64,000 bases of DNA from an uncultured Pelagibacteraceae bacterium (GTDB taxonomy: Bacteria > Pseudomonadota > Alphaproteobacteria > Pelagibacterales > Pelagibacteraceae). Positions 58,004-64,000 of this stretch are shown here, one piece after another; positions within the stretch are counted from its first letter, which is position 1; each line of letters starts with the position of its first letter. The stretch spans positions 2,334 through 66,333 of the forward strand of contig CABYDK010000001.1 of the NCBI GenBank assembly GCA_902517735.1. Direction: 5' to 3'. Made by a program: the position numbers and the translations under genes. The notes under the pieces are model-generated. The model had not been told where the DNA came from and searched no databases. It was given only the letters and a program-made list of their open reading frames with translations.

Positions 58004-58975
58004 TTATTTATAAGCTGATAAAACAGCAGCTCCTCTTGAACCAGCTTTTTGAGACCATTCCATAGCCATAGTCTTTCCAACTTTTTCGAAATGAGCTTGT
58101 AAAGATGAATTTACTTTTCCAACTACCATACCGGCATTAGCTAAAGCTTTTTTATCTCCAACATTTCCTTGTTTTGATAATTGCCAACCTTTTCTCTCTG
58201 CTAATGCTGCTTGCTTCATAACTAAATCTTTAGTTGCTTGATCTAGTTTATTCCATGCATCTTTATTTACAATTACCATATTTTTTGGAAACCAAGCTGC
58301 AATATCATAAAAATATTTTACACCATTTTCCCAAATCTTAGAGTTTTTTCCTGTAGTAGGTGATGTAATCATACTTTCGACAGCCCCAGTAGAAAATGCC
58401 TGACTAATTTCTGCAGCTTCAATTTTTGTTGGTGCCATTCCTGTTAATTCAGCAATTCTAATCGTTGCTGAATTATACGCCCTAAATTTTAAGCCTTTAA
58501 GATCTTGAACAGAATTAATTTCTTTTTTGCTATATAATCCTTGAGCAGGCCAAGGGACAGCATAAAGAAAAACTAAACCCTTCTCATCTAATCCTTTAAT
58601 GATTTCATCTTTGGATGCTTTATATAAATTCATAGCATCTGCATAAGATGTTGCTAAAAAAGGTTGAGAGTCAACTTCTAACAACGGATCTTCTTTTCCT
58701 AAAGCTGACATAAATCTTTCACCTATCTGAGCTTGACCAGTTCTTACAGCTCTAAAAATTTCTCCTCCTTTAAATAATGAACCACCCGGGTGAGTAACTA
58801 TTGTTAACTTCCCGCCACTTTTTTCAGTTACATTTTTTGCAAATTCAGCTGCATTAGCAGAGTGAAAATTCCCAGCTCCATAAGCAAGGGCCATATCCCA
58901 TTTTTCCGCTATAGCTAAATTTATAGACAAAATTAATGAAACTAAAATAGTCAATAAATATTTTGTAAACCTCAT
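58004..58975 (-). CDS. dctP: TRAP substrate-binding protein, likely pyroglutamate-binding (DctP6/7-like)
   Basis: Signal peptide, KWDM..AY..NFH, QIGE, EDP..E.DS.PFLA, WPAQG, KFRAY, AWFPKN. GGAGG SD before ATG 58975. Confidence 0.92.
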   Translation of the reverse strand: MRFTKYLLTILVSLILSINLAIAEKWDMALAYGAGNFHSANAAEFAKNVTEKSGGKLTIVTHPGGSLFKGGEIFRAVRTGQAQIGERFMSALGKEDPLLEVDSQPFLATSYADAMNLYKASKDEIIKGLDEKGLVFLYAVPWPAQGLYSKKEINSVQDLKGLKFRAYNSATIRIAELTGMAPTKIEAAEISQAFSTGAVESMITSPTTGKNSKIWENGVKYFYDIAAWFPKNMVIVNKDAWNKLDQATKDLVMKQAALAERKGWQLSKQGNVGDKKALANAGMVVGKVNSSLQAHFEKVGKTMAMEWSQKAGSRGAAVLSAYK

Positions 58976-59125
58976 TTGTCCTCCATTTCTATTTAGACAT
59001 TTCATTATGTATTAAAAAAATTATCAATAAAAAAATGATACTACTTTTAATTGAATTATTTCAAAAAATTAATTATTATATATATATTTTATAAAAACGA
59101 ACTAAATATCTAAATATAAAAAATC

Positions 59126-59737
59126 TTGATTGAAGAACTCATTATTTTAACCAAAATCATTTTTATTACTATCATCTTAACAGCTGATAACGCAGTTATC
59201 ATAGGATCAATAGCTGCAAATTTCGTTCCAAAAAATAGAAAGCAAATTATTCTTTGGGGTGTCGTAGGAGCTTTAGTCTTTAAAATTATTTTTGCAATTT
59301 TTGCAACTTATTTATTTGAGTTTTATTTTGTAAAAATATTAGGTGGTCTTTTGTTAATCTGGATTGTAAATGATTTAAGAAAAGACCTTTTAGAAATTAA
59401 AAAAATAAAATCCCCAACAAAAAAATCTAAAGAACCTTCCTATATTCAAAGTATTTGCAAAGTTTTGTTTGCTGATATTACAATTAGTTTTGATAATGTA
59501 ATTGGAGTTGTTGCAGCAGCTAAGGGATATTTTGGTTTCATGATTTTTGGTCTTATTCTATCTGTAGTTTTAACAGGTGCATTGGCAACTTATATGGCTC
59601 ATTATATACAAAGACATATTTGGATAGCATATGTTGGACTAATTTTTATATTAATCGTTGGTCTACAATTAATCATTGGCGGCTTAAATGATTATGGTGT
59701 GCTATCAATTAATGAAACTTTTCAGAAATATTTTTAA
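59126..59737 (+). CDS. TerC family membrane protein (YjbE-like)
   Basis: LTADNAVII and ADI.ISFDNV motifs. TTG start. Confidence 0.85.
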   Translation: MIEELIILTKIIFITIILTADNAVIIGSIAANFVPKNRKQIILWGVVGALVFKIIFAIFATYLFEFYFVKILGGLLLIWIVNDLRKDLLEIKKIKSPTKKSKEPSYIQSICKVLFADITISFDNVIGVVAAAKGYFGFMIFGLILSVVLTGALATYMAHYIQRHIWIAYVGLIFILIVGLQLIIGGLNDYGVLSINETFQKYF

Positions 59738-59748
59738 TTATTTTTAAT

Positions 59749-60606
59749 TTGCCTTTAAAACACCTTTTTATTTTATTGTTTATTATGATAGCTCATGGAA
59801 GTGCTTTTCCAGTAGCTAAATTAGCATTGAATAATTCGGTACCTCCTATTCTTATGGCTTCATTGAGAATGGGTATTGTTTTTTTTATACTTCTGCCTTT
59901 TTGGAAATTAAAAGTTCCAGAACAAAAATATGTTAAATCGTTAATAGCTTTTTCAATTTCCATGGGTGTAATGGTTTACGTTTTTATGAATCTATCTTTA
60001 TATCATTCATCAATTATATCCCCAATAATTATTGGTTCACAACTTGCTATACCATTTGGAATACTCGCTAGTGGAATAATGTTAAATGAAAACATAAGTA
60101 ACAGAAAGTGGTTTCTTATTTTTAGTTCATTTGTGGGTATTATAATAATATTTTTTGATCCTAAACTAGCTAATAATTTTCTAGGTTTATTTTTTGCAAG
60201 TTTAATGGCATTGTCTTTTGGATTAGCTCAAGTTTATTCAAGAGAATTAAGAGAATTAGATACTAGCACATTAAATTCATTCGTAGGATTATTTGGTTTT
60301 ATTTTATTATTTATAATTTCATACTTTATTGAAGGAGATACAATTCTGAATATAAAAAATATTAATTTAAATTCTTGGATGCTAATTTCTTATCAGGCTA
60401 TCGTAGTTTCTTTAGGGGCACATTTATTAATGTTTTATTTATACAAATTTTACACTGTAGGTAAAATTTTTCCTTTTTATTCTTTATTTCCAATATTTGG
60501 AATTATTCTGACTTATATAGTTTTTAATGAAGTGCCAACTATAATGTTTATAATAGGTTGTATAATAGTAATAACTTCAGTCTTTTTACTCAATAAAATT
60601 AAATAA
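59749..60606 (+). CDS. DMT/EamA family transporter (different subfamily from the other three)
   Basis: PPIL.ASLR, two EamA repeats, L.PIFG...NE.P. Confidence 0.85.
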   Translation: MPLKHLFILLFIMIAHGSAFPVAKLALNNSVPPILMASLRMGIVFFILLPFWKLKVPEQKYVKSLIAFSISMGVMVYVFMNLSLYHSSIISPIIIGSQLAIPFGILASGIMLNENISNRKWFLIFSSFVGIIIIFFDPKLANNFLGLFFASLMALSFGLAQVYSRELRELDTSTLNSFVGLFGFILLFIISYFIEGDTILNIKNINLNSWMLISYQAIVVSLGAHLLMFYLYKFYTVGKIFPFYSLFPIFGIILTYIVFNEVPTIMFIIGCIIVITSVFLLNKIK

Positions 60607-60681
60607 TTTGCTTATTGAAAAATTATTGAAATAGGTTTTAATTTATTTTTTATAAATTGTTAACAATCAAAGAGGAAAATA

Positions 60682-61863
60682 ATGAAAAAAATATTTATTG
60701 CTGCATTCATATTCGTTTCTACTTTAACAACGAATACTTTTGCAGAAATTAAAATGGGGATTATATTAGGGTTTACTGGCCCTATCGAATCTCTTACGCC
60801 GGCTATGGCGGCATCTGCAGAACTTGCTTTTAAAGAAGCTTCTGACTCAGGTTCGCTATTGGGAGGAGAAACTATTTCAGTAATAAGAGCTGATTCAACT
60901 TGTGTTGACTCTGCAGCAGCAACGGCAGCGGCTGAAGGAGTTATTTCACAAGGTGTAGCAGCTATCATGGGAGCTGATTGTTCAGGAGTGACTGGTGCTA
61001 TTGCATCTAATGTTGCTGTTCCAAATGGAGTGGTTATGATTTCTCCTTCAGCAACTTCGCCTGGTTTAACTACTTTGGATGATAAAGGGTATTTCTTTAG
61101 AACTGCTCCATCTGATGCTAGAGGTGGTCAAATTTTAGCTGATATTACTAAAGACAGAAAAGTTAAAAGTGTTGCAATTACTTATACCAACAATGATTAT
61201 GGTAAAGGTTTAGCAGATGTTTATGAAGCAGCTGTAAAAGCGCATGGAATTAAAGTATCAACTGTAACTGCTCACGAAGACGGTAAAGCTGACTACTCTT
61301 CTGAAGTGGCAACTCTTGCTTCTGCAGGTGGTGATGCTGTAGCAGTTATTGGATACCTGGACCAAGGTGGAAAGGGAATTATCCAGGCTTCTTTAGATTC
61401 TGGTGCATTTGATAAATTTATTTTATCTGATGGTATGATTGGTCAATCTTTAGTTGATGCTTTTGGAAAAGATTTAAGTAAATCTTTTGGATCAATGCCT
61501 GGATCAACTGGAAAAGGAGCTGGCGTATTTGCTAATGTAGCAAAAGCTGCTGGTATTGATTCTTCTGGTCCTTACACAAGTGAGTCTTATGATGCAGCTG
61601 CTTTAATTGTTTTAGCAATGCAAGCAGGTGGATCAGCTGATAGAGCATCTATTGCAAAAAATGTAATGGATGTTGCTAACGGTCCTGGAACAAAAATTTA
61701 CCCAGGTGAACTTAAAAAGGGTTTAGACTTATTAGCTAAAGGTAAAAAAGTTGACTACGAAGGTGCAACTGGAGTAACTTTTACTGACGTCGGTGAAGCT
61801 GAAGGTTCTTTCTTAGAACAAGAAATTAAAGGCGGTAAGTTTAAAACTAAAAAACAAAGATAA
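60682..61863 (+). CDS. LivJ/LivK-like ABC substrate-binding protein
   Basis: Signal peptide, GFTGP, G..CSG, ISPSATSP.LT, FFRTAPSD, YG.G, YDAA. GAGG SD. Confidence 0.92.
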   Translation: MKKIFIAAFIFVSTLTTNTFAEIKMGIILGFTGPIESLTPAMAASAELAFKEASDSGSLLGGETISVIRADSTCVDSAAATAAAEGVISQGVAAIMGADCSGVTGAIASNVAVPNGVVMISPSATSPGLTTLDDKGYFFRTAPSDARGGQILADITKDRKVKSVAITYTNNDYGKGLADVYEAAVKAHGIKVSTVTAHEDGKADYSSEVATLASAGGDAVAVIGYLDQGGKGIIQASLDSGAFDKFILSDGMIGQSLVDAFGKDLSKSFGSMPGSTGKGAGVFANVAKAAGIDSSGPYTSESYDAAALIVLAMQAGGSADRASIAKNVMDVANGPGTKIYPGELKKGLDLLAKGKKVDYEGATGVTFTDVGEAEGSFLEQEIKGGKFKTKKQR

Positions 61864-61877
61864 TTAATATCTTATTC

Positions 61878-61915
61878 AAAAAACCCCAGTAATTAAATTT
61901 ACTGGGGTTTTTTTT
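61878..61915. terminator. Bidirectional intrinsic terminator
   Basis: AAAAAACCCCAGTAA-TTAAAT-TTACTGGGGTTTTTT(TT) between the convergent SBP and MFS genes. Confidence 0.85.
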
Positions 61916-63068
61916 GTTTAAAATCTGCTCTTAAAGTTGAAATAATAATAATTACTAAAAATATTATACAAACTAAATTCATTGTTTTCCAATTAGTTAA
62001 ATTAATAAATACCCCAGCAGATAAGCTTGCTGTTGCTTGAACTGTATAAACAATAAGGTCATTAAAACCTTGTGCTTTAAATTTTTCTTCTTCTCTATAA
62101 GATAAAACTAACAAACTAGTTCCTGATATAAATAAAAAATTCCAACCTAATCCCAAGAAAATTAGAGCAACTAAATAATTAAAGAAGGTTTGTTCAAACA
62201 AACTTAATAAAATTGTTATAAAAAATAACATAACTCCTGCGTACATAATCTTGCTATGACCAAACTTTTTGATTAAGTTTCCTGTGATTAAAGATGGTAA
62301 GAACATAGATGCAATATGTAATTGAATTACAAAACCTGTTTTAGCCAAACTCATATTTTCCATTACATGCATACTTATTGGTGTTGCTGTCATCAAAAAT
62401 GTCATCACTGCATAAGCAAATGCTGAAGCAATTAAAGCTTGTAAAAACCTAGGTTGTGAAATTAGCTCAAAATAACTTCTGCTACTTTTTTTTATAAAAT
62501 TATTTTTTTTATGACTATCTTCATAAAATAATAAAAAAATAGTTGATGTAAGAGTTAAAACTGCAAGAGCTATATATGAACCTGCATATAAATGCTGGGA
62601 AATAATTTCTTTAGAAACATTAGCTAAATTTGGCCCTATAAATGCAGAACCTATTCCCGCTAATAATATTATTGATATTGCTTTTGGGGCCATTTCTTTA
62701 TCGACTGTTTCAACTGCAGCAAATCTATATTGATGACTGAAAGCAACTCCTGCTCCAATTAAGAAACATCCTAAATTGAATAATATAAAACTCTCTATAA
62801 TTATTGAGTAAGCAGCTATCAAAGAGGCAACTGAAGTTCCGACCGATGCAAAAATAAATCCTGATCTACGTCCTATTATACTCATTACTTTTGCTGCAAA
62901 CATTGCAAAAATTGCAATTCCTACTATTGATAATGCCATTGGTAATGTTGATAAAGATTTTACAGGACTAAGTTGAGAACCAATAATTCCACTTAAGAAT
63001 ACTGTGACGGGTGCAGCCGTAAATGCGAAAATCTGACTTAAAATTAGCAGCCAAAGATTTTTATTCAT
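61899..63068 (-). CDS. MFS transporter
   Basis: 12 TM, GRR.GF, QYRFAA.E, GPNLA, MFLPS..TG.LI..FG, GWNF. Confidence 0.9.
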   Translation of the reverse strand: MNKNLWLLILSQIFAFTAAPVTVFLSGIIGSQLSPVKSLSTLPMALSIVGIAIFAMFAAKVMSIIGRRSGFIFASVGTSVASLIAAYSIIIESFILFNLGCFLIGAGVAFSHQYRFAAVETVDKEMAPKAISIILLAGIGSAFIGPNLANVSKEIISQHLYAGSYIALAVLTLTSTIFLLFYEDSHKKNNFIKKSSRSYFELISQPRFLQALIASAFAYAVMTFLMTATPISMHVMENMSLAKTGFVIQLHIASMFLPSLITGNLIKKFGHSKIMYAGVMLFFITILLSLFEQTFFNYLVALIFLGLGWNFLFISGTSLLVLSYREEEKFKAQGFNDLIVYTVQATASLSAGVFINLTNWKTMNLVCIIFLVIIIISTLRADFKQKKPQ

Positions 63069-63136
63069 TAAAACATATACTTATCTGCCATATACATGGC
63101 CCAAGCTATAGCTGCACCTAATATAATATATTTCAT
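63068..63136 (-). CDS. Unannotated 22-aa hydrophobic microprotein MKYIILGAAIAWAMYMADKYMF
   Basis: Fills the livM-MFS gap. ATG is 4 nt after the livM stop and its TAA overlaps the MFS ATG (TAATG). Confidence 0.65.
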   Translation of the reverse strand: MKYIILGAAIAWAMYMADKYMF

Positions 63137-63140
63137 AAGT

Positions 63141-64000
63141 TTACTTTATTTCTATTTTTTCTGGAAGTATACCTTTCGGTCGATATCTCATAATGAGTAA
63201 TAGACCAATTCCCATCATTAAAAATCTAAAATAAGGAACACTCTCAATTAGATGAACTTTTAAAGCGTGTGTATCATCTAAACCTGCAGTTGTTAGATTT
63301 ACTAAATATAATCCTATTGGTGCTGCTTCAATCCATAAGAACCAAACTACAAAACCTCCAAGAATTGCACCAAAATTATTTCCACTTCCTCCAACTATAA
63401 CCATAACCCATATTAAAAAAGTGTATCTCATTGGTCTATAACTTCCTGGAGTAAATAATCCATCCTGAGTTACTAACATCGCTCCAGCAATACCTACAAT
63501 GGCTGATCCTAAAACAAATATTAAAAGATGTTGCTTAACAACATTTTTACCCATAGCATTAGCTGCCTCTTCATTATCTCTAATAGCTCTCATCATTCTT
63601 CCCCATGGCGAATAAAGAGCTTTTTGAGTTAAGATTAAAAGAATAATTACAACTATTAAAAATAGGCCTGAATAACAAAGTTTTACAAAAACTGACGATC
63701 CTTCAATTACAAATTGGTTAAGAGCAGCTTGTCTTTCAGTAAAATCTGAAATTAGATTTAATTTACTAAAGTTAAATTTTTCAACTAAATTAATGAACCA
63801 ATCTGTTTGTTGTAAGTTTACCTCATAAGGTGCAGGACGTTTTAATCCAATTACATTTTTAACCCCTCTTGTCAGCCAATCTTCATGTTTAATAATTGCA
63901 ATTACAATTTCAGATATTAACAAGGTTGCTATTGCTAAGTAATCTGCTCTTAAACCTAAGGCAACTTTACCTATAACAAATGCTAATCCACCAGCAAACA
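63141..64000 (-). CDS. livM: Branched-chain amino acid ABC permease LivM-type (5' end beyond window)
   Basis: Frame is open to the window end (GLRADYLAIATL). SPWGR.MRAIRDNE.AA.AMG, VGGSG, RPKG.LPE. Confidence 0.92.
   Translation of the reverse strand, partial: FAGGLAFVIGKVALGLRADYLAIATLLISEIVIAIIKHEDWLTRGVKNVIGLKRPAPYEVNLQQTDWFINLVEKFNFSKLNLISDFTERQAALNQFVIEGSSVFVKLCYSGLFLIVVIILLILTQKALYSPWGRMMRAIRDNEEAANAMGKNVVKQHLLIFVLGSAIVGIAGAMLVTQDGLFTPGSYRPMRYTFLIWVMVIVGGSGNNFGAILGGFVVWFLWIEAAPIGLYLVNLTTAGLDDTHALKVHLIESVPYFRFLMMGIGLLLIMRYRPKGILPEKIEIK

Noticed and set aside
1052-60968. About 30 short ORF-track entries antisense to or nested in clear genes (e.g. 1052-1276, 2879-3109, 14202-14477, 43317-43670, 52153-52368, 60660-60968)
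   Set aside because: They are shadows of real genes or of the riboswitch on the other strand or frame, with no motifs or independent start signals.

Overview
Very AT-rich, extremely gene-dense bacterial chromosome segment with spacers of a few bp and many overlapping start/stop codons. Composition, gene content and a tandem glycine riboswitch before gcvT point to a streamlined marine alphaproteobacterium of the SAR11/Pelagibacterales type (inference). 1-28.2 kb is core housekeeping: aspS (partial), hda-like, purMN, ndk, pepA, lptFGD-surA-pdxA-rsmA, gmk, acpP-fabG-fabD, rpsF-rpsR-rplI-dnaB, MMPL, cvpA-purF, HD protein, gshAB and transporters. 28.3-36.8 kb looks accessory: an ER/K-rich helical protein, cmk, a glycosyltransferase-like gene, two PAPS-type sulfotransferases flanking a membrane-anchored arylsulfate sulfotransferase, small proteins, and a DMT plus amidinotransferase pair. 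36.8-47.8 kb holds moeA, IscU-like, HPP, NAD-dependent formate dehydrogenase, selO, a FOXRED1-like oxidoreductase, tspO and a furan-fatty-acid-type (ufaD/ufaO/ufaM-like) lipid modification cluster. 47.8-64 kb holds gcvTHP under a glycine riboswitch with a visible start-codon sequestering helix, pxpABC with a pyroglutamate-type TRAP transporter, and liv-type ABC genes with an unannotated 22-aa coupled microprotein. No tRNA, rRNA, CRISPR array, integrase or transposase was seen. All family calls come from motif recognition, not database searches.
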